A stretch of DNA of 64,000 bases, taken from the NCBI GenBank assembly GCA_040005235.1, contig JBDTZG010000022.1, positions 1-64,000 of the forward strand. Reading direction: 5' to 3'. Made by a program: the position numbers and the translations under genes. This DNA is from Acidobacteriota bacterium. Lineage in GTDB: Bacteria; Acidobacteriota; Thermoanaerobaculia; Multivoradales; UBA5704. This document shows positions 46,807 through 56,561 of this stretch, piece after piece; position 1 is the first letter of the stretch; each line of letters opens with the position of its first letter. The notes under the pieces were generated by a model, which saw nothing but the letters and a program-made list of their open reading frames with translations, made no database searches and was not told the origin of the DNA.

Positions 46807-49314
46807 TTGAGACGCTTCCTCCTTCTGTTCGTTCTGCCCGCGATGCTGGTTCTCGGGGCGATCGCCCTCCCGCTCGCCCGGGGGGAGCGGACGTTTTTTC
46901 TCCGCGATGTCTTGAACTCGCACCTGAACATGAAGTGGGCGCAGGCGGAGGCGTTGCGGGCCGGGTATCTCCCCCTGGTCGACCTCTATCGCGCGGGCGG
47001 CCAGCCGCTCGCGGGCAACCCCAACGCGGTGCCGTTTTATCCCGACAACGTTCTGTACCTGATCGCCTCGCCGCTTTGGGCGATGAACGCCCATTTTTGG
47101 ATTCATCTGCTGCTCGCGCCGTTCGCGTTCTACTGGATGGCGCGTGCATTCGGGCTCCGGCGCGAGGCGTCATGGGCCGCGGCGCTCGCCTATACCTTCT
47201 CGGGGTTCTTCTTCTCGCATCTGAACTTCTTCAACCTGATCGCCGGAGCAACGCTCGCCCCTGCGTTCGTCGCCGCCTGCCTGCGCCTGGGGCTTCCGGA
47301 GCGCCGGTCGGTTCGGATGTGGATGCCGGCGGCGCTCGCCTTGCTGTGGGCGCTTCTGCTGCTCGGCGGCGATCCGTTCCTCGCGGCGCTAGCGCTCGCC
47401 CTGGGCGGCACAGCGTTCCTGATGCGAAATCCCCGGCCGAGCTTCGCCCTCTGGGGCCTGCTCGCCGGGGCGCTCACTCTAGGCTCGGTGCTCGCGTTGC
47501 CGCAGATCGTCGAATTCCTGCGCATTCTGCCGCTCTCCTTTCGTGGACATTACGGCTATGCCGCGAATGTCGCGACCACCGCGAGCTGGGACCCGCGCCA
47601 GATCATCGAGTGGTTCGTACCGTTCTTCTTTGGCCGGCCGGACCGCCTGACGGCCGGCGGTTTCTGGGGTCATCGCTTCTTCACGGACGTGCCGCCCTAC
47701 TACTTCTCGCTCTATCCCGGCCTGCTGGTCTTGGCGCTCGCCGCCTCATCGGGCAAGCCGCGCTCGCGTGCCGCGATCTGGGGCTGGGGGGCGGTGGGTC
47801 TCGGCATCTTCTTTGCCCTCGGCCGCTTCAACCCAGGGGTGGAGTGGGTCTTCGCTCTCGGCCGCGGCTCATTCCGCTATCCGGTCAAGTTCTGGCCGCC
47901 GGTGGCGATCGGTCTCGCTCTACTCGCCGGTCTCGGGTTCGAACGCCGCTTCGCCCCGTCGGCGCCGGGCGGTCCGGCAACGGCGACCGAAGAGGCGTCG
48001 GCCACCCCGCCGCGGGGGCTCTCGATCGCGCTCTGGGTGCTGTTTATCGGGTTGCTTTGCGGATGGATCTTCGAGAGCTTCTTTCCCGCGGCGGCGCTCG
48101 CAGGCGCGAAAGAGCTGCTGCCGATCCGCCTCGCGTCACTCGCCGCCAACGAGCGGGTTCGCTGGGCCGGTCTCTGCCTGTTCTCTTTGCTCGCGGTCGC
48201 CCTGTTCGGCATGGCAACCTGGCTTTCCCGCCGGCATCTAGCCCTTGGCAGCGCGCTGTTGCTCGCGCTTCACGTGGCGTTCCAGCTATTTTTCTTGGGC
48301 CCCTTGTACGCCACGGACGAGGTCGGTCCCTACCTTGAAACTCCGGCCGCACTCGCCTACATCCCTCCGGGATCACGCGTGGTTCACGGCTCGTTTTTGA
48401 ACCTGATGCGCCAGGCGCACATCGAACGGGGCGACTATCCCCAGCCGCTCACCCTCTATATGGAGCGCCGCGCGTTTGCCGAGCTCTATCCGTTCACCGG
48501 CCCGATGAATCACCGGCGCTTCGAGCTGAACGTTTCGCCCGAGGGGCTCGATTCGTTCCTCACCCGCATGTCGCAGGGGGGGATCAAGACGGCCAAGGAC
48601 ATCGACCGGGTGCGTCTGCTGGCGGCCTGGGGAGTCAATCGCCTGCTGCTCGGCGAACCGCTCGCCGCCGACGCGGAGAAGCAAGCTCAGCTCCTCGCGA
48701 AACTTCCGAGTTTCGGCCACGATCTGCTGATCTACGAGATCCCGAACGCCGCGCCCGCCGCGTACCTCGCCACCCGCCTCGTGACGGCGCCGCACATGAA
48801 CGCCGGCTACGCCGCTTTGCTCGCGCCCGGTTTCGATCCGCGGACCGAAGCCGTGGTCGAAGGGGAGAAGGGCTCCGAGCGGCGCGAAGGCGGCACCGTG
48901 CGGATTCTAGAAGACGGCTCGGAGCGTTTCGTCGCAGATGTCGATTCGCACGGTCCCGGTTTCCTGGTCGTCCAGCGTGCCGACCTCTCGATCTATCAGG
49001 CGAAGATCGACGGTCACCCCGCGGAACGCCGGATCGCGAACCTTCACCGCATCGGGATCCCCGTTCCCGCGGGACGCCACCGAGTTGAAATCGCAACCGA
49101 TCGCCGGCCGCTCCATCGTTCCCTCGCCGCGGCGTTCGCCGCCTTCTTGATGCTGCCGTTGCTGGGATGGGTCGGTGGGCGGGTACGAATGCCGCTTCTG
49201 CCGGACGAGCCGGTCGAGGAGACTGCCGCGGAGGAGCCGCAACTCGAAGGGTTGGCGCCCGCGGAAGAGCCCTCGGTTCTGATCGAAAACTTGGAGATTG
49301 AGGAGTCGTCATGA
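46807..49314 (+). CDS. YfhO-like GT-C membrane glycosyltransferase
   Basis: RD, G.P..GNP....FYP, AY.FSG, A.PQ and RYP.K motifs; C-terminal A.IDG....I.VPAG.H.V. Start (TTG 46807) uncertain. Confidence 0.8.
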   Translation: MRRFLLLFVLPAMLVLGAIALPLARGERTFFLRDVLNSHLNMKWAQAEALRAGYLPLVDLYRAGGQPLAGNPNAVPFYPDNVLYLIASPLWAMNAHFWIHLLLAPFAFYWMARAFGLRREASWAAALAYTFSGFFFSHLNFFNLIAGATLAPAFVAACLRLGLPERRSVRMWMPAALALLWALLLLGGDPFLAALALALGGTAFLMRNPRPSFALWGLLAGALTLGSVLALPQIVEFLRILPLSFRGHYGYAANVATTASWDPRQIIEWFVPFFFGRPDRLTAGGFWGHRFFTDVPPYYFSLYPGLLVLALAASSGKPRSRAAIWGWGAVGLGIFFALGRFNPGVEWVFALGRGSFRYPVKFWPPVAIGLALLAGLGFERRFAPSAPGGPATATEEASATPPRGLSIALWVLFIGLLCGWIFESFFPAAALAGAKELLPIRLASLAANERVRWAGLCLFSLLAVALFGMATWLSRRHLALGSALLLALHVAFQLFFLGPLYATDEVGPYLETPAALAYIPPGSRVVHGSFLNLMRQAHIERGDYPQPLTLYMERRAFAELYPFTGPMNHRRFELNVSPEGLDSFLTRMSQGGIKTAKDIDRVRLLAAWGVNRLLLGEPLAADAEKQAQLLAKLPSFGHDLLIYEIPNAAPAAYLATRLVTAPHMNAGYAALLAPGFDPRTEAVVEGEKGSERREGGTVRILEDGSERFVADVDSHGPGFLVVQRADLSIYQAKIDGHPAERRIANLHRIGIPVPAGRHRVEIATDRRPLHRSLAAAFAAFLMLPLLGWVGGRVRMPLLPDEPVEETAAEEPQLEGLAPAEEPSVLIENLEIEESS

Positions 49315-49844
49315 GAAACATTCCCGCCGCCTGGATTCTGCTCAGCCTACTCGCCGGTTGCCGCGCTCAAGCGCCGGAGGCCGAGCCGAAGGCGGCGGAG
49401 CTGGCCGTCGTCTCCGATCTCTCGTCCGGGCTCGACAGCTCGGTCTCGGAGCCGGCCGCTCCGGACAAAGTGAAGGCGACGAAGGCTCTCTCCGGCAGCT
49501 TCGTCGGTTTCGAGGCGGGCGACTATCTGCACGCCGTGTTCGCCAAGACCGACGGTAAGAAGGAGTCATTCTTCCTGGAGCGCGGGATGGAGATCTTCCT
49601 GGTCGACCATGCCAAAGAACCTCTGGAGATGGAGGTTCAGACGGTCGAGACCGACATTCCCGAGGCGGGCGGGATCACCGAGATCGATCGGCTTCACGCC
49701 ATCCGGGCGGGCGGTGTGAGCTTCGCGGATTGGTGGAAAACGGCGGAGCCGAAATTCGGCAAGTTGCTCGACGACTACCAGGCGCGGATCGACAAGGCGA
49801 CGCTCCAGCCGGAGGATGCGCCGGCGGAGACGAGCGAGCCTTAG
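49311..49844 (+). CDS. Hypothetical lipoprotein
   Basis: Lipobox LLAGC; coupled to the upstream stop; GAGGAG RBS. Confidence 0.7.
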   Translation: MRNIPAAWILLSLLAGCRAQAPEAEPKAAELAVVSDLSSGLDSSVSEPAAPDKVKATKALSGSFVGFEAGDYLHAVFAKTDGKKESFFLERGMEIFLVDHAKEPLEMEVQTVETDIPEAGGITEIDRLHAIRAGGVSFADWWKTAEPKFGKLLDDYQARIDKATLQPEDAPAETSEP

Positions 49845-49857
49845 TAGGGTCGATCGA

Positions 49858-50589
49858 TCAGACCGAACCGCCGACGACCAGCACGAACTCGCCCTTTAAG
49901 CTCGGGCGGGCGGTAAAGACGGCCAGCAGGTGAGAGAGCGGCCCGCGGACGATTTCTTCGTGGAGCTTGGTCAGCTCGCGGCCGATCGCGGCAGGCCGGT
50001 CTCCAAGTTCGGCCACCGCGTCGGCGAGGCTCGCGAGAATCCGGTGCGGCGATTCGAACAGGATGAATGTGTGCCCGAGCGCGCCCATCTCGCGATAGAA
50101 GCTCCGGCGCTTGCCCGAGCGAAACGGCGGGAACCCGGCGAACGTGAACGGGTAGGGCGGCAGGGCGGAGGCGACCAGCGCAGCAAGGATCGCCGACGCG
50201 CCCGGGATCGGCTCAATCGTGGCGCCCCGGGCCGCCGCCTCCCGGACGAGCAGAAAACCGGGATCGGAAAGCAGGGGGGTTCCCGCGTCGCTCGCCACGG
50301 CCACCGTCGCCCCCCGCTCCAGCTCGGCGAGCAAGCGCGGCAGGCGTTGCCGCTCGTTGTGTTCGTGGAGCGAAACCAGGGGTTTCCGGATGCCCAAATG
50401 GGCGAGCAGCTTGCCGGTCACCCGCGTGTCCTCGCAGGCGATCAGGTCCGCCCGCTCGAAGGACTCGCGGGCGCGCGCCGAGAGGTCGCCGAGGTTGCCG
50501 ATCGGCGTCGCGACCAGCAGCAGGCGACCGGGATAGGCAGAAGCTTCTACATCTTCTTCTTCCGGATCGGCAGGGATAGGAGGAGGCAT
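49858..50589 (-). CDS. rsmI: 16S rRNA C1402 2'-O-methyltransferase
   Basis: VATPIGNLGD, ACEDTR, SDAGTP.LSDPG, FESPHR, RELTKLHEE and KGE motifs. Confidence 0.96.
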   Translation of the reverse strand: MPPPIPADPEEEDVEASAYPGRLLLVATPIGNLGDLSARARESFERADLIACEDTRVTGKLLAHLGIRKPLVSLHEHNERQRLPRLLAELERGATVAVASDAGTPLLSDPGFLLVREAAARGATIEPIPGASAILAALVASALPPYPFTFAGFPPFRSGKRRSFYREMGALGHTFILFESPHRILASLADAVAELGDRPAAIGRELTKLHEEIVRGPLSHLLAVFTARPSLKGEFVLVVGGSV

Positions 50590-50615
50590 CACGCCGGATG
50601 CTAGCATCCCGCTTG

Positions 50616-51356
50616 ATGGCGACTTCGTTCGATCGCGCGCTCCTCAGCTTTCTGGTCGCGGTATTTCCGGGAGCCGGGTTCGCCGCGACGGCGGCGACGG
50701 CTCCGCCGATCGGCGCACCGGTGGCGAAACTGCTCGATCGGGTGGTCGCGGTGGTTGACGAAGATCCGATCCTCAGCTCCGACATCGACCGGGTGATCGG
50801 TCTCGGTCTGGTCGAGCCGAAAGCGGGCGAGAGCGGCGATCTGCTCCGCCGCCGGGTGCTCGACCAATTGATCGAGCAGCGACTGCGCTCGCACGAGATC
50901 GACCGTTCGGGGTTCGTCGAGGTGCCGGTCGAAGAGATCGAACGCCAGACGGCCGAGATCCGCGCCCGCTTCCCCGACGAGGCGGCGTTCGAGCATCAAC
51001 TTTTAAATCTGGGGATGACCCGCGCCACCCTCGCGCAGCTGGTGGCGCGCCAGATCGCCGTGCTGATCTATATCGACGAACGCCTGGGTCCGCGGGTGTT
51101 CGTAAGCCTCGACGACATTCGCGACTATTACGCGACGACGCTCACCTCCGAAGCCGAGAAGCGCGGCGAGAAGGTGCCGCCGCTCGAAGACGTTCGCGAA
51201 GACATCCGCGCGGTCCTCCGCGAGCAGCGGCTGAACGCAGAGCTGGCCCGCTGGTCCGAGGAGCTGCGCCGCAACTCCGACGTCGAAAGCTTCTACGACG
51301 AGCCGGTCAACCGCCTGCCGCCGCTCTTGACCACGATCGAAAAGCCTCCGAGTTGA
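50616..51356 (+). CDS. SurA N-terminal-domain-like periplasmic chaperone (no PPIase domain evident)
   Basis: DRVVAVV..DPIL.SD, L.QLI...L, and C-terminal W..ELR. Confidence 0.75.
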   Translation: MATSFDRALLSFLVAVFPGAGFAATAATAPPIGAPVAKLLDRVVAVVDEDPILSSDIDRVIGLGLVEPKAGESGDLLRRRVLDQLIEQRLRSHEIDRSGFVEVPVEEIERQTAEIRARFPDEAAFEHQLLNLGMTRATLAQLVARQIAVLIYIDERLGPRVFVSLDDIRDYYATTLTSEAEKRGEKVPPLEDVREDIRAVLREQRLNAELARWSEELRRNSDVESFYDEPVNRLPPLLTTIEKPPS

Positions 51357-51363
51357 CCTTGGC

Positions 51364-53640
51364 TTACGGCTGGCCGTAGATCTCCCGGTATTGAGCCCAC
51401 GCGGCGATCACCGAGGCGAGATAAACGCGTGCGGCGGGATCGGTGATCTTGGTCCAGTATTCCTCGGGCTCGGATGTCGAGCAGTAGCTCTGCCAGATCC
51501 GCGCGGCTTCGGCTCCGGCCTCGAACGCGGCGATCGCGCGCGGAACGAAGCGGCCCGCGGTATTCAACTCGGCACCCAGGTGCGCGGCGGCGAGCGGTAT
51601 CGCGATTTCCGGGCGTTCCAGATCGTCCGCGTCCGGCTCGGGCAGGCCGGCCAGGGCGGCGACGCGGGCCTGCGTGGCGAGCATCGTTCCCGCGAGTCCT
51701 CGTTCGGTTCCCCGCACCTGAGAGGGATCGAAGCGGCTCTCCTCGCGCAGGATCGCGGCAAGCAGGAGGGGGTCGATGCCGCGCCGGGGGCCTTCGCTGC
51801 GCAGCAGATCCGCATAAGGAAAGGGATAGAGCAGTCGGCGCAGGGCGCCCGGCAGGAGCACTTCGGGAACCTGCGCCGGAACGAGGGCGCGAACCGCGTC
51901 GGCGAGCGCGATCGAGCGCCGGGTCTGGCCGACTCTGGCGAGCTCCAAACCGGCGGTGAACGCGAGATCCGGGCGCGCCGGGTCGAAGACTTCGGTGGCG
52001 GCCGCCGCGCCGTCGGTCCAGATGCCGAGGCTCAAGAGCATTCTCTCGGTCTTGAACCGGCCGAGGGCGGCGGGATCGCTTCCGCTCTGACTCCAAAGCG
52101 GCCAACGCCCGACCGGGACCGGGCTCAAGCGGAGGAAGGGGGCCGCCTTCCGGTCCGCGAGCAGAAGCTTCGCGAGGCGGATATGCGCCGAGCGGCCGAG
52201 CGGATTCAGGTCGCCCAGGATCAGCCAGGCCCCCAGAAGATCGGCCGGCCGGCCGGTCTCGGTCAGACGCTGCGCGAGGATCGTCGCCGAAGGCGCCAAG
52301 CCGGGTCCCGCCAGGCGGCGGCGCGCTCCGAGCGAGATCAAATGGTAAGGATCGAGCCGCAGCACCCCAAGGTAGGCGTTCACCGCGGCTTGCGGATTTC
52401 CGGTCAGCTCGGTCGCCCGCGCCCGCCAATAGGCGACTTCGATCGGCTCGCCCGCGGAGGCGGGGCCGCTGAGCCAGATCCGTGCCCGATCGGCCCGGCC
52501 GCGGACGAGATCGGAGGCGGCAAGAAAGAGCGCCGACCGGGCCGCTTCGGCGCGCCATGCCGGGCGCGCGGCGAGCCGGGAGAGCAGGGTGCTCGCGGTG
52601 GCGTCCGCACCCGATCGAGCCGACAGCCGGAGGGCCGCGGCGTAGGCCGCCGCCGTCATCGTGCCGTCCGGATCTGCGTCCGCCGCGGCGAGGTAGCGCC
52701 CCAGGGCCATCTGAGGTTGGCCGCGCGCTTCGAAGCCTCGTCCCTGGTCAAACCGCGCCCTGGCTCGCGAAGAGGGACCGGTCGCCTGTTGGGCGGCGAT
52801 CTCCAGCTGGGCGATCGCCGGGTCGTACCGTCCGGCTTCGAGCTGGACTCTTCCAAGCGAAGCCACGGCTTCCGAACGGTCGCGGCGCGACGCCGAGAGG
52901 GCGGCGCGGCGCAACGAGAGGATCGCCCGGTCGAACTCGCCGCCGAGCGCGAGCACCAGCCCCGAGAGCAGCGCGGAGCGCCCGCGCGTCTCGCCCTGGG
53001 CACCGGCGAGATCGGCGAGCCGTTCCGCCGCGGCGAACGCCCACTCGTCCACTCTCGACTCGTCGAGCAGATCGACCAGAAGGCTCCGGCCCAGCTCGGT
53101 ATCCCCGGCGCGGAAGGCGCAGTCGGCGCGGGCGAGCTGGAGCGCCCGTCGCTCGGGGGGAGCGAAGGCGAGGAGCGTGATCGCCTTGAGCAGTCGGCAG
53201 TCGCCGCCTTCGTGGAGGCTCCTTTGGAACAGACGAATCGCTTTGGCGGCGATCGGCGACCGGGCGTCTTCCACGACCACCGCGGCGAGCAGCCCCGCGG
53301 CCACCTCCGGGTGCCCCGCCCGCATCTGCCCCAGGGCCAGGCGATAGCGACCGTAGGGGCCGAGCGCCGGGGTTTCGATCATAGCGGTCGCGAACGCTTC
53401 GGCGGAGCGGCGATCGTCGCCTAAACCTTCGAGCAGATGCCCGCGCAGGTAAGAAAGCCCGAACTCCCGCGCCCGTTCGGGCTGGACCGCAATCTCGCGA
53501 TCGACCAGAGCGAGAGCATCGCGATCTCGTCCGACCCGCTGCAGCTCGACCAGGGCCGGGCGCGGATCGGGGCCGCTCCCTCCGGCCCCTCCGGAAAGCG
53601 CCAGAGCGAAAGTGGCGACGACGAAAGGAGCGCTCAGCAT
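51364..53640 (-). CDS. TPR-rich Slt70-like lytic transglycosylase (degenerate motifs)
   Basis: Signal peptide; helical repeats; LYP.PY...IDP.LLAAILREESRFDP. Confidence 0.75.
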   Translation of the reverse strand: MLSAPFVVATFALALSGGAGGSGPDPRPALVELQRVGRDRDALALVDREIAVQPERAREFGLSYLRGHLLEGLGDDRRSAEAFATAMIETPALGPYGRYRLALGQMRAGHPEVAAGLLAAVVVEDARSPIAAKAIRLFQRSLHEGGDCRLLKAITLLAFAPPERRALQLARADCAFRAGDTELGRSLLVDLLDESRVDEWAFAAAERLADLAGAQGETRGRSALLSGLVLALGGEFDRAILSLRRAALSASRRDRSEAVASLGRVQLEAGRYDPAIAQLEIAAQQATGPSSRARARFDQGRGFEARGQPQMALGRYLAAADADPDGTMTAAAYAAALRLSARSGADATASTLLSRLAARPAWRAEAARSALFLAASDLVRGRADRARIWLSGPASAGEPIEVAYWRARATELTGNPQAAVNAYLGVLRLDPYHLISLGARRRLAGPGLAPSATILAQRLTETGRPADLLGAWLILGDLNPLGRSAHIRLAKLLLADRKAAPFLRLSPVPVGRWPLWSQSGSDPAALGRFKTERMLLSLGIWTDGAAAATEVFDPARPDLAFTAGLELARVGQTRRSIALADAVRALVPAQVPEVLLPGALRRLLYPFPYADLLRSEGPRRGIDPLLLAAILREESRFDPSQVRGTERGLAGTMLATQARVAALAGLPEPDADDLERPEIAIPLAAAHLGAELNTAGRFVPRAIAAFEAGAEAARIWQSYCSTSEPEEYWTKITDPAARVYLASVIAAWAQYREIYGQP

Positions 53641-53695
53641 GGTTCTAGGCGAAGAGTTTCCTGAAGGTGCCGAGTTGATTGCCCGGAGGATTCGC

Positions 53696-54976
53696 TCAGG
53701 GCGTTTGCGGTCCGGCGATCCGCTCCACCCGCGCGCCGAGCGCGCGGAGTTTCTCTTCCATCGCCTCGTAGCCGCGGTCCAGGTGATAGATCCGGTCGAC
53801 GGTCGTCTCGCCGTCGGCGACCAGCCCCGCGAGCACCAGGCAGGCGGAGGCGCGCAGATCGGTCGCCATGACGTTGGCGCCCGCGAGCGGCGTCGGCCCT
53901 TTGACTTTCACGTCGCGGCCCTCGACGTGAAGATCGGCACCCATGCGCATGAGCTCGGGGACGTGCTGAAATCGATTCTCGAACACGCTTTCGCGGATCG
54001 TGGCCGACCCTTCGGCCTGGGTCATCAGAGCCAGGTATTGCGCCTGAAGGTCGGTGGGAAACCCGGGGTGCGGCGCGGTCTCGATGTCCGCCGCCTGCAG
54101 CCTGCCGTCAGCGCGCACACGAATTCCGTCGGGTCCTTCCGCGACCGCCGCGCCGATGTGAGCGAGCTGTTCGAGCAACGGCGCGAGGGCGGCCGGGTCG
54201 GCGTCTTCGAGCGTCACATCACCGCCGGTGAGCGCCGCGCCGACCAGGTAGGTGCCCCCTTCGATTCGATCCGAGATCACCGAGTGCTCAGCCTCATGCA
54301 GCTCGTCCACCCCTTCGATTTCGATCGTCTCGCCCCCTCCGCCGCCAATCTTTGCTCCCATCGCGCGAAGCAGGCGGGCAAGGTCGACCACTTCCGGCTC
54401 GCGTGCGCAGTTTTCGAGCACGGTGGTGCCGCGGGCGAAGCAGGCGGCCATCAAAAGATTTTCCGTTCCGGTGACGGTCGCCATGTCGAACCGAAAGCGG
54501 GCGCCGATCAGCCGGGCGCAGCTCGCTTCGACGTAGCCGTGCTCCAGGCGAACCCGGGCGCCGAGCGCTTCCAGCCCTTTCAGGTGCTGGTCGATCGGCC
54601 GAACTCCGATTGCGCAGCCGCCGGGCAGCGAAACCCGGGCGCGGCCGAAACGGGCGAGCAGCGGGCCGAGCACCAGAACGCCCGCGCGCATGGTCTTCAT
54701 CAGGTCGTAGGGAGCTTCGATCGGCGGAGCGCCGGGCGCCGCGTGCCGTTCGAGCGTCAACTCGCCGTTCGGGCCGATCTCGCCCGCCCCCACCCCGAGG
54801 TGCTCCAGCAGGCGCAGCATGGTGCGGATGTCGCGGACGCGGGGAACCCGATCGAAGCGAAGCGGCCGGTCGGTGAGGAGCGAGGCGGCGAGCGCCGGGA
54901 GTGCGGCGTTTTTCGCGCCGCTCGCGCGAACGCGGCCGTGGAGCCGGGTCGGTCCAACGATGCGGAATCTATCCAT
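53696..54976 (-). CDS. murA: UDP-N-acetylglucosamine 1-carboxyvinyltransferase
   Basis: [31 protein letters not shown] and HLDRGYE motifs. Confidence 0.98.
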   Translation of the reverse strand: MDRFRIVGPTRLHGRVRASGAKNAALPALAASLLTDRPLRFDRVPRVRDIRTMLRLLEHLGVGAGEIGPNGELTLERHAAPGAPPIEAPYDLMKTMRAGVLVLGPLLARFGRARVSLPGGCAIGVRPIDQHLKGLEALGARVRLEHGYVEASCARLIGARFRFDMATVTGTENLLMAACFARGTTVLENCAREPEVVDLARLLRAMGAKIGGGGGETIEIEGVDELHEAEHSVISDRIEGGTYLVGAALTGGDVTLEDADPAALAPLLEQLAHIGAAVAEGPDGIRVRADGRLQAADIETAPHPGFPTDLQAQYLALMTQAEGSATIRESVFENRFQHVPELMRMGADLHVEGRDVKVKGPTPLAGANVMATDLRASACLVLAGLVADGETTVDRIYHLDRGYEAMEEKLRALGARVERIAGPQTP

Positions 54977-55099
54977 GTTCGCTAGCGCTCCGGCCTTTCG
55001 ATCGACCTGCTGTAAGTTCGCCGCTCGGGTCCCGTGGTTTCGGCGTTCCTTCGAACTGTCCTGCAAGCCCGGCGCCTGCCGTTTGGCGCGAGATTCCTT

Positions 55100-55945
55100 T
55101 CAGTGCCGAACCAGGACCGCGACGCGCGGGATGCCGGCGTAGTCGGGTTGCGCCTCAAGGGGATCGAATCCGGCCGCCCGAGCCGAGGATTCGACCGCTT
55201 CGATCTGCCCCCGACCGATCTCCAGCAGAACCCGAACGCCGGGCCTCAACCCCGCGGCCGAAGCGAGCAGGCGGGAGATCGTCTCCAACCCCCCTCCGCC
55301 GGGCGGAAAGAGTGCCAGGTGAGGCTCGAAATTGCAAACTTCGGGCGACATTTCGGCCGCTTCGGTTCGATCGACGTACGGGGGATTGCTGACCAGCAGA
55401 TCGATCGCCTCTATCGCGATTCCGGCGAACAAATCGGTGCGCACCAGGGCGACCCGATCGGCCGCTCCGAGGCGAGCCGCGTTGCCCTGCGCTACCGCGA
55501 GAGCGCCGGCCGAGAGGTCGGTCGCGATGAGGCGGGCGGCAGGCAGCTCGCAAGCGAGCGTCACGGCGATGCAGCCGGAGCCCGCGCCCACCTCCAAGAT
55601 TCGCGGACGCGGCGGAAGCGGGGAGGCAAGCGCCTGTTCGATCAGGTGCTCGGTCTCGGGCCGGGGGATCAGCACCCGCGGGTCGACGTGAAAGACGCGA
55701 CCGTAAAACTCCCGCTCGCCCAGAAGGTAGGCGACCGGCTCGCCGCCCGCCCGGCGTTCGATCCAGTCTTGGTAGCGAAGGGCGTCCGAGGGATCTACCG
55801 GCCGCTCGTCGCGGGCCAGAACCTTCGCCTCGGAGAGTCCGAGCACCCGGCCGAGCAGCAGCGCCGCCTCGCGCGGAGGGGGCGAAAACGGGGCCACGGC
55901 GAGCCGCGACCTACCCTCCCTGACCAGCTCGCCGATGGTTGCCAC
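55100..55945 (-). CDS. prmC: Release factor glutamine methyltransferase
   Basis: RR..GEPVAY, VLIPRPETE, G.GSGCI and SNPPY motifs. Confidence 0.95.
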   Translation of the reverse strand: MATIGELVREGRSRLAVAPFSPPPREAALLLGRVLGLSEAKVLARDERPVDPSDALRYQDWIERRAGGEPVAYLLGEREFYGRVFHVDPRVLIPRPETEHLIEQALASPLPPRPRILEVGAGSGCIAVTLACELPAARLIATDLSAGALAVAQGNAARLGAADRVALVRTDLFAGIAIEAIDLLVSNPPYVDRTEAAEMSPEVCNFEPHLALFPPGGGGLETISRLLASAAGLRPGVRVLLEIGRGQIEAVESSARAAGFDPLEAQPDYAGIPRVAVLVRH

Positions 55946-55972
55946 GGGCGCAGTCTATGGCCGGGCCGCGGC

Positions 55973-56485
55973 TTATTTCTCGTCGTCGGAATTGGAACCA
56001 TCGCCGAAGACCGCTTTCCAATGAGCCTGTTCGCTGCCGCTGGGATGAGGCTTTTCCCCGGCATCGCGCATCGAGCGTTTGCGCTTGGGCGGCCGATTTC
56101 TTTCGGGATTTCCAAGGTCACCGGGGCGGGCCAGAACGCGGCGGGCAAGCGCGGTGGCGGTGTGAGTCTTGGCTCCCAGGTCGCGGCAAGCGCGGGCCAG
56201 GGCGGTGTCGTTGGTGACCACGATCCAGGTCTTGGGGCTGGTTCGAACGCGCGCCAGAATGGCGTCGTCCGCCGAGCGAGGGGCCGCGAACTCGACCTCC
56301 ATCGGGCCGTAACGCATCGCCACGTCCGGACGCTCGACGCCGTCGAACACCACGATCATCCGGCCGCGATTGGCGCGTTCGCGCACCCAAGGGAGCAGCC
56401 AGGCGACCACTGCCCGCGCATCGCGCGCGCCGGTTCGACCGCCGCCCACTCCGCCGAGATTGCTGCCATCGATCAAATAGGACAT
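55973..56485 (-). CDS. YacP-like NYN/PIN-fold domain protein
   Basis: YLIDGSNL, VVFDG, SADD.I and VVTND..L motifs. Confidence 0.8.
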   Translation of the reverse strand: MSYLIDGSNLGGVGGGRTGARDARAVVAWLLPWVRERANRGRMIVVFDGVERPDVAMRYGPMEVEFAAPRSADDAILARVRTSPKTWIVVTNDTALARACRDLGAKTHTATALARRVLARPGDLGNPERNRPPKRKRSMRDAGEKPHPSGSEQAHWKAVFGDGSNSDDEK

Positions 56486-56561
56486 GCGAGAGACCTTCCC
56501 GCGCGGGAGCCCATGCTAACGTCGTGCCGTTCGAATCCGGCCCTATCCAGGAGGTTGTTCC

